The notes: a model not told the origin generated them from the letters alone. A stretch of DNA of 64,000 bases from Candidatus Kapaibacterium sp. (GCA_963665665.1 OY762428.1:3584001-3648000), one strand, 5' to 3'; positions 9,637 to 20,576 are shown, numbered from the stretch's first letter. Made by a program: numbers and translations.

Positions 9637-11609
9637 TGATAGATCGGATCGGAGTGAAAATAAAATTGAATAATACTATGAAATTGCCGGCTTGTTTGTT
9701 TTTGATGTTGATTTTTATATTTACATCTGAATTGAATGCCAAAGAGAAAAAATATACAGCTTATACTTTTCGTGCAGGTGCAGGGCTGAATGGAAATTTA
9801 TATACTTCATCTTTTACTAATCTGCCCGGCTATTACGGTTGCTGTACTGAATACACTGGAGCATTCGGAATTGCCTACGGTTTCAATGCCGGAATGGATT
9901 ATAACCTTAGGAAAAGTATTCTGGGTTCTGATATCTCTATCAGCATTCTGGCGGGATTCAACAATATATCGGCAAAATTCAGCGAAGAAGAATTTATTGG
10001 GAATATTATCCAGGGAAATGACTATACAAAGGGTATTTCTGATTTTATTATCGATCCGACAATAAATCTGCTAACTATTGATCCCGGTGTAAGTTTTGGT
10101 AATATTGCCGGATTGCCGATATCTGTAAGGATTGGTATGCAGTTTGGAATACCAATGACAAAATCCATGGAACAAATGGAGGAATTGAAAAGCCCTTCGG
10201 GGGTAACTTTCGAGAACGGTACAACAACCAGAGATTTCCAGGAAGGTGACATTAATGAATTCACGGGCCTGTATATGGCTGCTACTGCTTCTGTCTCATA
10301 CGAGGTATATAGGTTCGGTGATTTTGCAATTATGCCGGAAATTAAATTTAATTATGGCCTGAATAACATGGTTAAGGATGTTGACTGGAAAGCTAACTAT
10401 TTCCAGGGCGTTGTTAACCTTACATACCGCCTGCCTGTTACTCCTTCAGAACCACCAAAGAAACCACCACTGCCAAGCCTGCCTGAACCAACTCCGCCAC
10501 CAGCGCCGGGAGTACTTGCATTGTCTGCGAATATTGAAGTTGACGGCGAGGCAATGAAAGATAATGATAAGATAATTACAAAAGTATACACCAAAAAGAT
10601 CAGGACCGTTGAATCGCTTATTCCCCTGGTATTTTTTGGCGAGAATGAATATGAAATAAGTGCTTCAAAGTATGATAATGGTGCACCTTCAATTGAAGAT
10701 TTAAAATCAGTTTTAACTGATAATCATGGCGCAAAAATTCAACTGACGGCCTATGCACTTGATTCTGAAAAACCAGGAACAGCGGGTAAAAGACTTGAAA
10801 GCGGTAAGAAAATTCTTGAATCCGGAGGCATGAAGCCCAAGGATTACAAAACAAATGAAATAATTATTAAAACCAGCGAACTGCCACATACTGAGATGCA
10901 GGATGAATACCGCCGCCTTGAATTTAACCTGCCAAATTCTGATATGGCTATTCAGGGAACTGAGAAAGAAATTGTAAGCGGTGGCGAAGTGATGCCCCTG
11001 GAAATAAAGCCTGTAATAAAAAGCGACGGGCAAAAAATAAAATTTACGGGTGTTGTATCATTTAACGGAAAGACAATTGCCAATATTGATAAAAAAGGGT
11101 CGGCAGTTGAACTGAATACCAATAACTACCCGCTTTTCCTTTCGGATAAAAAACCCGGAGAAATTGATATAAATATCGAAGTTGTAGACGAAGACGGACA
11201 AAAAAGAACCGAAACTGTTAAGCTTATTATTGAGAAAACAAAAATCGTTTCCGAGGAAGTAACCAATATTGTTTCTGAAAACGGTACTGATGCTGAGCAA
11301 TATGTTCTGGGCCTTTGTGAATTCGACAGGTCCGATTTCTACTCTATCAATCGCGAAGCGCTAAAGAAAGCAAGAGAAGCTCTTCGATTTGGTGGTAAAA
11401 TCGTATTGATACCAATGACTGACAGCTTCGGGACAGATGAACATAACAGTATGCTTTCCTCAAGGAGGGCAAAAGAAGCTATCAGGCTTATCGGAGGTGA
11501 TTCTGATAATGTTATTATAAGGGAATCTGATGGTTACTATTTTGATAATAGCACACCTTACGGAAGGATGCTGAACCGTTCAGTTATAATCAGGATAATG
11601 AAAAAATAG
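9636..11609 (+). CDS. Outer-membrane beta-barrel + Pro-rich linker + OmpA-like peptidoglycan-binding protein
   Basis: Amphipathic barrel strands, PPKKPPLP linker, TDSFGTDEHNSMLSSRRA and GRMLNRSV OmpA motifs; TAATG overlap with upstream gene. Confidence 0.75.
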   Translation: MIDRIGVKIKLNNTMKLPACLFLMLIFIFTSELNAKEKKYTAYTFRAGAGLNGNLYTSSFTNLPGYYGCCTEYTGAFGIAYGFNAGMDYNLRKSILGSDISISILAGFNNISAKFSEEEFIGNIIQGNDYTKGISDFIIDPTINLLTIDPGVSFGNIAGLPISVRIGMQFGIPMTKSMEQMEELKSPSGVTFENGTTTRDFQEGDINEFTGLYMAATASVSYEVYRFGDFAIMPEIKFNYGLNNMVKDVDWKANYFQGVVNLTYRLPVTPSEPPKKPPLPSLPEPTPPPAPGVLALSANIEVDGEAMKDNDKIITKVYTKKIRTVESLIPLVFFGENEYEISASKYDNGAPSIEDLKSVLTDNHGAKIQLTAYALDSEKPGTAGKRLESGKKILESGGMKPKDYKTNEIIIKTSELPHTEMQDEYRRLEFNLPNSDMAIQGTEKEIVSGGEVMPLEIKPVIKSDGQKIKFTGVVSFNGKTIANIDKKGSAVELNTNNYPLFLSDKKPGEIDINIEVVDEDGQKRTETVKLIIEKTKIVSEEVTNIVSENGTDAEQYVLGLCEFDRSDFYSINREALKKAREALRFGGKIVLIPMTDSFGTDEHNSMLSSRRAKEAIRLIGGDSDNVIIRESDGYYFDNSTPYGRMLNRSVIIRIMKK

Positions 11610-11613
11610 ATCA

Positions 11614-12339
11614 CTAATAATTTTTTGAATGCTTTTTAATATAACCTCTGGAATTTAAACTCGTATAATTTTCCCCGGCAATGATCAGGTGATCAATGAC
11701 GGGGATATTAATTATTTCGCCGGCCTTAACAAGATCGGTTGTCAGTTCGAGGTCATGAGTAGATGGTTCAGGGTTACCTGAAGGGTGATTGTGTACAAGC
11801 ATTACCTTTGCTGCATTTTCAATTATTGCTTTTCGAAAAACTTCCCTCGGATGTATTATTGTAGCATTTAAAATTCCCCTGCTGACAATTTCCTCCCGGA
11901 AAATTACATTCGAAGCATTAAGCAGCAAAATCCGGAATTCTTCTGTTTTTAAATTCCTGAGTTTTGGAATCAGGTATTTGGCAATATTTTCAGGGCCGTT
12001 TACAACCAATTTTTTCTTGAAGGGATTAGATTGTATTCTTTTAGCCAGTTCAAAAGCGGCAGAAAGAGTTATTGCCCGTGCATTGCCAATACCCTTTTTT
12101 GATTTCAGCCTTGCAGTTTCCCAGCTTGCAAGTTCGCTGATATCACCGGCTTCATTTATTATATCTCTTGCTATATCAATTGCGGAATATCCTATGGTTC
12201 CGCTACCAATTAATATTGCAATCAGATCGGCGTCAGAAAGCACTTCAGCACCGTGGGTGATCAATCTTTCTCTTGGCCTGTCTTCGGGTGACCAGTCCTT
12301 TATTGTCCGGTAACCTGGGGTTGTATCATATTCAGACAT
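11614..12339 (-). CDS. radC: RadC family JAB-domain protein
   Basis: RPRERL, HhH region, HPREVF, HNHPSG, DHLII. Confidence 0.95.
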   Translation of the reverse strand: MSEYDTTPGYRTIKDWSPEDRPRERLITHGAEVLSDADLIAILIGSGTIGYSAIDIARDIINEAGDISELASWETARLKSKKGIGNARAITLSAAFELAKRIQSNPFKKKLVVNGPENIAKYLIPKLRNLKTEEFRILLLNASNVIFREEIVSRGILNATIIHPREVFRKAIIENAAKVMLVHNHPSGNPEPSTHDLELTTDLVKAGEIINIPVIDHLIIAGENYTSLNSRGYIKKHSKNY

Positions 12340-12355
12340 AATAATCGATAATTTA

Positions 12356-12715
12356 TCAGTAATACTTTAATTTACGGGATACAAAGGCTGCGATTTCATT
12401 ATATACAGGATTTTTGGATCTTGCAAATTCATGTGGCCAGCCCCAGTATATAAGTTTATTATCCCTGAAGGCAAATATACATAAATTTTGTGTATCTCCG
12501 GTATATATATCGTAAGCTGTAATAGTATAATCAGATTTGTCTGATTTTAAATCAACGTTACTCCATTCGTATTCGTAATCTGAGCCCAGGTAATTGGTCA
12601 CCTGCCTGTAATCCATTCCTTTATAAAGGGGTGAAAGGTCTGAAATTTCTACCCTGAAGCAGGAAGTAAGTATAATCGTGAAGCAAATAATAAATACAAA
12701 ATTGAGCTTATTCAT
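12356..12715 (-). CDS. Hypothetical lipoprotein
   Basis: Lipobox LTSC; KGMDYRQV..LG; LIYWG; paralogous to neighbour. Confidence 0.65.
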   Translation of the reverse strand: MNKLNFVFIICFTIILTSCFRVEISDLSPLYKGMDYRQVTNYLGSDYEYEWSNVDLKSDKSDYTITAYDIYTGDTQNLCIFAFRDNKLIYWGWPHEFARSKNPVYNEIAAFVSRKLKYY

Positions 12716-13166
12716 AGCTGTCTCCTGGTTCGTCAATATTCAGGTTATAAAGTTTTGTTCCGATCTGATTCAGAATTGCGTCGTCCTCTCTTCTATAATC
12801 ATACAAAAAGCCCCAGTAATCAAGGGCATGGTTGTTGAATAGAAATATTATATGGCTTCTTGTAATAATTGTTTCTTCAGCATCTTCTGTATCCTCTTCC
12901 TCATCATCGGAATCAGTCACAAGTGAAGACATTATCGCAGAAAATGCATCTGAGTTGTCCTCCCGGCTGATTTCGAAGATATAATATTGGGCTGAATATT
13001 GTCTGCCATTCAGGCTGAAATTGTGAACGTGCTCCGGTTCGGAATTCAGCATTCCGGATAAATCCGCCGGGGTGATGCCTCTTTTGATGTGCAACAAATT
13101 GTTATAAGTTGGTTCATAGTGGCATGAAGCTAATAGTATAGCTGTTATTATTATTAAATATTTCAC
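12708..13166 (-). CDS. Hypothetical lipoprotein
   Basis: GTG start after GGAGG; lipobox LASC; acidic insert; LDYWG. Confidence 0.65.
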   Translation of the reverse strand: MKYLIIITAILLASCHYEPTYNNLLHIKRGITPADLSGMLNSEPEHVHNFSLNGRQYSAQYYIFEISREDNSDAFSAIMSSLVTDSDDEEEDTEDAEETIITRSHIIFLFNNHALDYWGFLYDYRREDDAILNQIGTKLYNLNIDEPGDSYE

Positions 13167-13224
13167 CGTACCTCCGGTTGATATTCATATTGTTACCTAT
13201 ACTATTAAAACGTTGGATTTATTA

Positions 13225-13599
13225 TTAAGTTTCGCCGAATACTGAACTCATCTTGAAGTTGTCCTTTCCTTTAAGTACTTCATTAATAAACATGCGCAGC
13301 TTTTTAAGTTTAAATTTACTGGTTTTCCAAACTGCATCTTCGTTTACTCCAAGCTCATCAATAACAAAAATTTTTTGGATATCAGTAAATTCATCCCAAA
13401 GTTCTTTCCAGTTATCTTCTTTGAATTCATCCGGAAGTTGATTAACCTTGTCCCTGATACCTTCGAAGAAGCCGACAACATATATTTTGGCTCTTCGGTT
13501 ATTCCTGTAGTCCTCCAGCCCAAGGCCCTGAAGTGTTATCTCAATATCATTGATCATATCAATAATTTCAAGTAGTAAAAATTGAATCTCCCTTTTCAT
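13225..13599 (-). CDS. DUF86/HepT-like HEPN protein with degenerate active site
   Basis: Aligns by eye with DUF86 (KRE..LL.EI...I..I; LPDEFKE; W..........LGVN...VWKT) but lacks RX4HXY. Confidence 0.7.
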   Translation of the reverse strand: MKREIQFLLLEIIDMINDIEITLQGLGLEDYRNNRRAKIYVVGFFEGIRDKVNQLPDEFKEDNWKELWDEFTDIQKIFVIDELGVNEDAVWKTSKFKLKKLRMFINEVLKGKDNFKMSSVFGET

Positions 13600-13722
13600 A
13601 TTCAACCCCTATTGATTTGATATATTATAGCTGTGAATAATATAACATATATTTTTTAAAAATAAAAATATTTTTTGAAATTATTGAAATAATTGTGAGC
13701 ATAGTCTGTTATCCCTATCAAT

Positions 13723-15759
13723 TTATCCGGCCATCTGATTCATTTTTTCCAGCCTTTGGATTTCATCCCTCAGTTCGGCTGCTCTTTCGAAATCGAGGTT
13801 CTTGGCGGCGGTTTTCATTTCTTTGAACATCTGGTCAATTAATTCCTGCCTTTGTTCCCGGGTCATATAATCAATCAGGGGCTCGGCAGCTTTCCTCAAT
13901 TTTGTTTCTTCCTGTTCCTGAATTTGTTTTTGCCTGTTCGTATAGATATCAGCAACAGATGTTGAATTGAGTATTTCCTCGAGAGATTTATAAATTGTTT
14001 CGGGATTTATTCCATGTTTCTTATTATACTCAACCTGGAGTTCACGTCTCCGGTTGGTCTCATCAATCACCAGCTGCATGGAACGCGTAATTTTGTCGGC
14101 ATAAAATATAACAATGCCTTCTGAGTTTCTCGCGGTTCTTCCGGCCACCTGGAGCAGTGAACGCTCGCTCCTCAGAAATCCTTCCTTATCTGCATCAAGT
14201 ACTGCTACCAGAGAAACTTCCGGCATGTCGAGGCCTTCTCTTAACAGGTTTACGCCAACGAGTACGTCATAGTCTCCCAGTCTCAGGCCTCTGATTATTT
14301 CCACCCTTTCCAGCGAACCAATATCAGAATGTATATATGCTACTTTAATATTCAGGTTTTGCATGTATTCGGAAAGGTCTTCAGCCATTCTTTTTGTCAG
14401 TGTTGTAACAAGAACCCTTTCCTTTTTTTCAACCCTGATCCTTATTTCATGAAGCAGATCATCAATTTGATTATTAACCGGCCGTACACTGATTTCAGGA
14501 TCAAGCAGCCCTGTTGGACGAATAACCTGTTCGACTATGGCGCCGCCACTTTGCTCAAGCTCATATGGCCCGGGGGTGGCACTTACATATATTGCCTGGT
14601 TCACGTGCTGCTCAAATTCTTCGAATTTCAGCGGCCTGTTTTCCAGTGCAGAAGGCAGGCGGAAACCATGCTCAACCAGATTCATCTTTCTTGCCCTGTC
14701 GCCGTTATACATTGCCCTTACCTGCGGCATGGTAATATGGCTTTCATCAACAATCAGCAGGAAGTCATCCGGGAAGAAGTTAAAAAGCCCTTCCGGTTGG
14801 TCGCCGAAATTCCTGCCTGCAAGGTGCATCGAATAATTTTCGATTCCCGAGCAATAACCAACTTCTTTCATCATCTCCAGGTCGAAAAGTGTTCTTTGTT
14901 CAAGGCGCTGGGCTTCAAGCAGTTTTTCGTTTGTACGTAGTTCCTTCAGCCTTTCGTAAAGTTCGTCCCTGATCTTTTCCATTGCAAACTGCATTTGTTC
15001 CTCGCCGGTTACAAAGAGCCTTGCCGGGAAGACTGTGACACTATCCAGTGTTTCGATTGTATGGCCGGAAAGAGCGTCAATAAAACTGATTTTTTCAATT
15101 TCTTCTCCGAACATTTCAATCCTGATAGCCTCGCGATTTTCATAAGCTGGGATAACATCAATTACATCACCGCGTACCCTGAAAGTACCGCGTTTGAACT
15201 CAAAATCATTCCTGGAATAGTAGAGGTCTATAAGCCTGTAAAGAAGGCTTTGCCTGGAAATTTGCTGTCCGGTATGAAGTGGCATCAGGTGATCAAGGAA
15301 ATCCTGTTTTCTTCCGATACTATAAATACAACTTACCGAAGCCACGATAATTATATCATTTCTTCCCTCAACCAGCGAACTCGTTGCTTTCAGTCTAAGC
15401 CTGTCAATTTCGTCATTAATCGAGAAATCCTTTTCAATATATGTGTCGGTTGTCGGGATATATGCCTCCGGCTGGTAATAATCATAATAGGAGATAAAGT
15501 ATTCCACGGCATTATTCGGGAAAAACCCCTTGAACTCGCTGTAAAGCTGTGCGGCAAGAGTTTTATTCGGGGAAATTACCAGGGTTGGTTTATTGACAGC
15601 TTTAATCACGTTGGACATAGTAAATGTTTTCCCGGAGCCGGTTACACCGAGCAGCACCTGGTGCTTATCGCCACGAATTATTCCTTCTGTTAATTCTTTT
15701 ATTGCCTCCGGCTGGTCACCGGAAGGTTTATATCTCGATACTAAATCAAATTTTCTCAT
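13723..15759 (-). CDS. uvrB: Excinuclease ABC subunit B
   Basis: [27 protein letters not shown]-terminal UVR domain FERAAELRD. Confidence 0.99.
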   Translation of the reverse strand: MRKFDLVSRYKPSGDQPEAIKELTEGIIRGDKHQVLLGVTGSGKTFTMSNVIKAVNKPTLVISPNKTLAAQLYSEFKGFFPNNAVEYFISYYDYYQPEAYIPTTDTYIEKDFSINDEIDRLRLKATSSLVEGRNDIIIVASVSCIYSIGRKQDFLDHLMPLHTGQQISRQSLLYRLIDLYYSRNDFEFKRGTFRVRGDVIDVIPAYENREAIRIEMFGEEIEKISFIDALSGHTIETLDSVTVFPARLFVTGEEQMQFAMEKIRDELYERLKELRTNEKLLEAQRLEQRTLFDLEMMKEVGYCSGIENYSMHLAGRNFGDQPEGLFNFFPDDFLLIVDESHITMPQVRAMYNGDRARKMNLVEHGFRLPSALENRPLKFEEFEQHVNQAIYVSATPGPYELEQSGGAIVEQVIRPTGLLDPEISVRPVNNQIDDLLHEIRIRVEKKERVLVTTLTKRMAEDLSEYMQNLNIKVAYIHSDIGSLERVEIIRGLRLGDYDVLVGVNLLREGLDMPEVSLVAVLDADKEGFLRSERSLLQVAGRTARNSEGIVIFYADKITRSMQLVIDETNRRRELQVEYNKKHGINPETIYKSLEEILNSTSVADIYTNRQKQIQEQEETKLRKAAEPLIDYMTREQRQELIDQMFKEMKTAAKNLDFERAAELRDEIQRLEKMNQMAG

Positions 15760-15964
15760 TATTCCGTTTGCATTATTTCCAATATTCAAATATACGGACT
15801 TGTCCGGTTTTTAGTTGGGAGAAATGTATTATATCAGAGTTATTAATTTATCCCAATGTATTTATGCAGGTATTTGAAGTAAAAAATAAAAAATTTTAAA
15901 TTCAGACATCTGAAATCTACGTAATTTTTAAAGTTTCAGTTTCGAATATTCCAATTAAGATTCC

Positions 15965-16055
15965 GCCCCCTCCCAAACCCTCGTAAGGGGCCGCGCCTCC
16001 CCGAAGGGGGAGGGCTTTGCAGTAAGCCCCTCCTTCGGAGGGGTTTGGGGAGGTC
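15965..16055. repeat. REP-like palindromic element (cccctccttcggagggg family)
   Basis: Composite inverted repeat; related copies at 20617-20687 and 45.7-46.2 kb. Confidence 0.8.
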
Positions 16056-16432
16056 ACGCATGATAATATTTCATAGAACAGAAATATTGATGTGGTAAAA
16101 AATTTGTTAATAAATCCGACATATTAATTTACGGCATTGTTCTTATAACTCTTTGATTTTTAGCTCAGAGGTCAGGAATTCTGAAATTATTTGCAATTGG
16201 ATAACCATTGTATAATTCGAAGATTTATTTGATATCATTGATTTCCTCCCGTAGGGTTGCCCCTACTGCCCAATATTATACACTGGCTAATTTTATATAT
16301 CAATATTAGCCGATTCCACCTTAAATGCTTCCTGATTTTAATCGAATTATAATATTGCAGATAAGAAATATAAATTTTATCTCTAATTATATCAATTGAT
16401 TATAAATTGTGTTGCCGGCCTTATAATATTAA

Positions 16433-16448
16433 TGGCACAGCTCTTGTA
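16433..16448 (+). promoter_or_regulatory. Putative sigma54 promoter of flagellar operon
   Basis: TGGCACAGCTCTTGTA = TGGCAC-N5-TTG(T), about 40 nt upstream of flgF. Confidence 0.65.
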
Positions 16449-16489
16449 AACAAAGGGGCGTGTATGAATTGATGAAATGAAGGGAAATC

Positions 16490-17269
16490 ATGTTAAAAGA
16501 ACTATATACAGCCGCGATGGGAATGCAGCCTCAGCAAACAAAGCTGGAGGTTACGGCTAACAACCTTGCTAACGCGAACACAGACGGGTTCAAGCGCGAG
16601 GGTGTTTTCCAGAGTACTCTTATCGAAGCGGGGCAGAACCTTAACAATGTTCCCGGCCAGGCTGAAAGAGAGGATGCCCCTCTGGGTTCTTTTACAGATT
16701 TTACCGCGGGAGCTTTCCGCCAGACCGGCAATCCTCTGGATATTGCTATTGAAAACGAAGGATTCTTTGAACTTCAGGATGAAGCAGGAAATACATATTA
16801 CACGAGGAACGGCCATTTTCAGTTATCCGAGGACGGATATATTACAGCCAGGGACGGCAACAGACTGATGGGCGACGGCGGAGCAATAGCAGTTCAGACA
16901 GAGTTCCTGAATGATCCGCTTATAACAAAAGACGGAAAGGCACTGAACCTGAATGTCAGGGAAAATGGCGAAGTCTTTATAAATGAGCAGTTCATAGGGG
17001 CTATAAAAGTTTATAATGTTGATAACCCGAATACTTTGAGCAAGTCTTCAAAACAGAATTTTATCGCGGATGAAAGCACTCTGATCAGCGAAATCTCACC
17101 GGATGAGATAAATCTGCGCCAGGGATGGGCCGAAGGATCGAATGTGAACATAGTCAGCGAAATGGTTGAAATGATAAAACTGCAAAGGTATTTTGAAGCA
17201 GGAAGCAAGGTTATCAAAACTAATGAAGCAACGATAGAAAAATCCCTTAGCTTAGGACGATTCTATTGA
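16490..17269 (+). CDS. flgF: Flagellar basal-body rod protein FlgF
   Basis: ANNLANANTDGFK, TGNPLDIAI, YTRNG, EGSNVN; precedes flgG. Confidence 0.88.
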   Translation: MLKELYTAAMGMQPQQTKLEVTANNLANANTDGFKREGVFQSTLIEAGQNLNNVPGQAEREDAPLGSFTDFTAGAFRQTGNPLDIAIENEGFFELQDEAGNTYYTRNGHFQLSEDGYITARDGNRLMGDGGAIAVQTEFLNDPLITKDGKALNLNVRENGEVFINEQFIGAIKVYNVDNPNTLSKSSKQNFIADESTLISEISPDEINLRQGWAEGSNVNIVSEMVEMIKLQRYFEAGSKVIKTNEATIEKSLSLGRFY

Positions 17270-17320
17270 TCGAAGAATTAATCCATGATTCAGGAAGAAC
17301 GATAAATACAGGGATGTACT

Positions 17321-18109
17321 ATGGATAAAACTCTCAGAACAGCAGCCACGGGGCTTTCGGCACAGCAGCAGTACATTGAAATAATATCGAACAACCTGGC
17401 GAATGTCAACACAAATGGTTTTAAAAAAGTAAGGCCGGAATTTCAGGACCTTCTTTATGAAACTCTTCGTCCGGCGGGAAATACCACCCGTACCGGCGTT
17501 GAACCGCTAAATGATGTTCAGATAGGTTCCGGTACTCAGCTTGCAGCAACCAGCAGGCAGTTTCTGCAAGGAGATATCAGCCAGACAGATAATCCCATGG
17601 ACATTGCCATAAACGGCGAAGGGTTTTTCGTAGTACGCAGGCCTGATAATACATTTGCCTATACCAGGGACGGTTCTTTCAATCTGGACAGGAACGGGCA
17701 GATTGTTACATCACAGGGATACGCTCTTGAACCGGGCTTTACCATACCATCGGATGCAGTTGAAATACAGGTTTCAAGGGACGGCGAACTGAAAGTTATC
17801 CTTGAAGGAACGCTTGAAGAACAAACACTGGGGCAGATAGACCTGGCAAGATTTGTAAATCCCGGCGGACTTCGCTCGGTTGGCGACAACCTGCTGCTTG
17901 AAACTGCTGCCTCGGGAAGGGCCATCTTTGAGCAGCCGGGCCACAATAATGCCGGTGAGCTAATCCAGAACCACCTTGAAAGTTCAAACGTTGATATTGT
18001 GGAAGAAATGGTAAACATGATCTCGGCACAGAGATCTTATGAATTGAATTCTAAATCAGTCAGAGCGGCGGATGAAATTTTAAATACAGCCGTAAATCTG
18101 AAACGTTAA
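17321..18109 (+). CDS. flgG: Flagellar basal-body rod protein FlgG
   Basis: SNNLANVNTNGFKK, FQDLLY, YTRDGSF, LESSNVDIVEEMVNMI.AQRSYE.NSK. Confidence 0.96.
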   Translation: MDKTLRTAATGLSAQQQYIEIISNNLANVNTNGFKKVRPEFQDLLYETLRPAGNTTRTGVEPLNDVQIGSGTQLAATSRQFLQGDISQTDNPMDIAINGEGFFVVRRPDNTFAYTRDGSFNLDRNGQIVTSQGYALEPGFTIPSDAVEIQVSRDGELKVILEGTLEEQTLGQIDLARFVNPGGLRSVGDNLLLETAASGRAIFEQPGHNNAGELIQNHLESSNVDIVEEMVNMISAQRSYELNSKSVRAADEILNTAVNLKR

Positions 18110-18125
18110 TTTGAAAATTTAAATT

Positions 18126-18833
18126 ATGATAAAACAAACGGTAAATAACATCAGGACGATCTACGCGGTAATAATAATTGCCGCAATGCCGGTTGTTTTG
18201 TCAGCGGGATCAACCTTTTCAGGAGAAAAGTTAAAATCGGCCTGTAGCAGCTATATTTACAAATACACAGGGCAGGATGCCGTTGTAAACTTTGCTGCAG
18301 AAGTTAAAGACCAGTATTTCGACGAGGACAGAGTGACTGCAAGATGCACGGGCAGCCCGGATAGTTTCAGGAGCCTATGCTATGTTCACGTTGAATTCAG
18401 GCTGAATGGCAGGTTACTAAAAAGGTTGAATATTCCGGTACGCGTGAAAATCTACCGGGAAGTAGCTGTTGCAGGGGAGTCTCTTCCCTCAGGCAGCAAA
18501 ATCAAGGGATCTGACATAAACTACAAAAAGGTAGATATCACGCATTATAGTTCCAACGAACTGCCGGAGTATGATGACATCATCGGATCGACACTGGTAA
18601 CTTCTCTTCCAAAGGGAGCTGTTATCGTTAAATCTTCGCTCGGAGGCGATGTGTTGGTTCGAAGAGGCGACAAAGTGACCGTTGTTGCCTCATCCGGAGC
18701 CGTAAATGTACGGGCTTCCGGGTTTGCCATGCAGGATGCATCGGCAGGAGAACCGGTCAAAGTAAAATGCAATGGAAGCATATTGCGGGGACGCGTTGCC
18801 ATGGACGGCACAATTTTTTTATCCGACCGGTAA
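18126..18833 (+). CDS. flgA: Flagellar P-ring formation chaperone FlgA
   Basis: Signal peptide, SAF domain, LVRRGDKV...G.AMQDA..GE.VKV; position flgG-flgA-flgH. Confidence 0.9.
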   Translation: MIKQTVNNIRTIYAVIIIAAMPVVLSAGSTFSGEKLKSACSSYIYKYTGQDAVVNFAAEVKDQYFDEDRVTARCTGSPDSFRSLCYVHVEFRLNGRLLKRLNIPVRVKIYREVAVAGESLPSGSKIKGSDINYKKVDITHYSSNELPEYDDIIGSTLVTSLPKGAVIVKSSLGGDVLVRRGDKVTVVASSGAVNVRASGFAMQDASAGEPVKVKCNGSILRGRVAMDGTIFLSDR

Positions 18834-18875
18834 ACTTCTTCCGATTGCAGGTTTTTAATATCATCGAGGACTAAG

Positions 18876-19457
18876 ATGAAATCTATGACACAAAAACTTC
18901 TGCCGATCTTCCTCCTGCTTATTTTTATGAGCGGGGCAAAAGCTCAATTCACTGAGGCTAACTCCAGATCCCTGTTTTCTGATGTGAAAGCTTTCCGCAC
19001 TGGGGATGCCGTGATGGTAATAATAACCGAAGTAACAAAAGCCGACAATAGCGCTTCCACCTCAGAATCAAGGGAAACCGAACTTGGAGGTGGCTTCGGG
19101 CTTTCAACAGGATCAAGTAATACTGATATTGACGCCGAACTTGGTACAGGCAATAGTTTTTCAGGGAGCGGACAGACAACACGCCAGGAACAGATAAGTG
19201 CAAAGATCAGTGCCCGTGTTGTTGAAGTAGATGAAAACGGAAACCTGAAAATTGAAGGCCAGAGAAAAACGACCATAAACGGTGAAGAACAGACAATCAT
19301 TATCAGCGGGCTTGTCAGGCCGGTTGATATTATGCCTTCAAATTCTGTTTATTCCTACAATGTTATGGATCTTGCCCTTACAATAGAAGGAATCGGAACT
19401 GTTTCAGATACGCAGGAACCGGGATTACTAACAAAGTTTATACGATTTTTATTTTAG
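18876..19457 (+). CDS. flgH: Flagellar L-ring protein FlgH
   Basis: SLFSDVKA..GD, ARVVEV..NGNL.IEG, SGLVRPVDI. Confidence 0.92.
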   Translation: MKSMTQKLLPIFLLLIFMSGAKAQFTEANSRSLFSDVKAFRTGDAVMVIITEVTKADNSASTSESRETELGGGFGLSTGSSNTDIDAELGTGNSFSGSGQTTRQEQISAKISARVVEVDENGNLKIEGQRKTTINGEEQTIIISGLVRPVDIMPSNSVYSYNVMDLALTIEGIGTVSDTQEPGLLTKFIRFLF

Positions 19458-19460
19458 GAT

Positions 19461-20576
19461 ATGACCATAACCATAAGAAATATAACCATTATAATGTTTC
19501 TCGCGATATTTGCTTCAACCGGAGCTGATGCCGCGAGAATCAAGGATATTGCACGCATTGAAGGATCATCCGGTGTTCAGGTGATTGGTTACGGCCTTGT
19601 TAGCGGCTTGAACCAGTCAGGCGATAACCAGCTTACAACATTCACCGTGCAGTCGGTATCCAACATGCTTAAGCGTTTTGGTATTACCATTCCCAATTCC
19701 AATCCGAGAATGAGGAATGTAGCGGCAGTTATGGTTACTGCAACAATACCGTCATACCTGAAAGAAGGGTCAAAAGTTGATGTTCAGGTATCGTCTATCG
19801 GGGATGCGACTTCACTACAGGGCGGTGTACTTCTAATGACTCCTCTGCTTAGCTCTTCTGGTGAAGTTGTTGGTTTGGCCCAGGGCGGGCTATCCGTGGG
19901 AGGGTTCGATTTTCGCTCGCTTGGGTCCAGAGTAGGACGTAATTTTGTAACAACAGCCAGGGTTCCGAACGGACTGATCCTGGAAAGGGATATTGATGCA
20001 AAGTTCGTTGATAATCAGCTGATTAAAATTACTTTGCTGGAGCCTGATTTCTCTACCTGCAACAGGATGGCAGCTGCAATCAGAACAGTTGCCGGACTTG
20101 CCAATGCAGTAACAGCAATTGACGCTGCTACTGTCCAGATACAGCTTCCTGCAGGGCAGACTTCTGATCAGAATATTCAGACAATTTCCCAGATAGAAAT
20201 TCTGAACATTGCTACAGATGTAGCTGCCAAAGTAGTTATAAACGAAAGGACAGGTACTGTTGTAGTAGGTGGCAATGTTGAACTTTTACCATCAGTAATA
20301 GCTCACGGAGGCCTTGAAATTTCCATACAGAAGAATATCATTGTACCCAACCAGGCTCCGTTTACATTAGCGCCAAGAAATCCTGTTGAAACGGCAACGG
20401 TAATTGTTGAAGAAGAAATGAATCCGTCAACGCCGCTTGAAGTAAACCAGGCTGCAACAGTGCAGGATATTGCAAATTCTTTGAATATGCTGCAGGTGAA
20501 ACCACGTGACCTTATTGCAATTTTTCAGGCGTTGAAGGAATCGGGGGCTTTGCAGGCTGAATTGGTTATACAGTAG
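19461..20576 (+). CDS. flgI: Flagellar P-ring protein FlgI
   Basis: RIKDI, GYGLVSGL, NVAAVMVTA, GDATSLQGG, VVINERTGTVV, GALQAEL. Confidence 0.97.
   Translation: MTITIRNITIIMFLAIFASTGADAARIKDIARIEGSSGVQVIGYGLVSGLNQSGDNQLTTFTVQSVSNMLKRFGITIPNSNPRMRNVAAVMVTATIPSYLKEGSKVDVQVSSIGDATSLQGGVLLMTPLLSSSGEVVGLAQGGLSVGGFDFRSLGSRVGRNFVTTARVPNGLILERDIDAKFVDNQLIKITLLEPDFSTCNRMAAAIRTVAGLANAVTAIDAATVQIQLPAGQTSDQNIQTISQIEILNIATDVAAKVVINERTGTVVVGGNVELLPSVIAHGGLEISIQKNIIVPNQAPFTLAPRNPVETATVIVEEEMNPSTPLEVNQAATVQDIANSLNMLQVKPRDLIAIFQALKESGALQAELVIQ

Noticed and set aside
11614-12339. RadC as marker of a mobile element
   Set aside because: Full-length chromosomal type with N-terminal HhH region; no mobility genes nearby.
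14329-15693. Long plus-strand ORFs opposite uvrB (likewise 27036-27785 opposite the USP gene)
   Set aside because: Antisense shadows of well-supported genes with no recognisable motifs.
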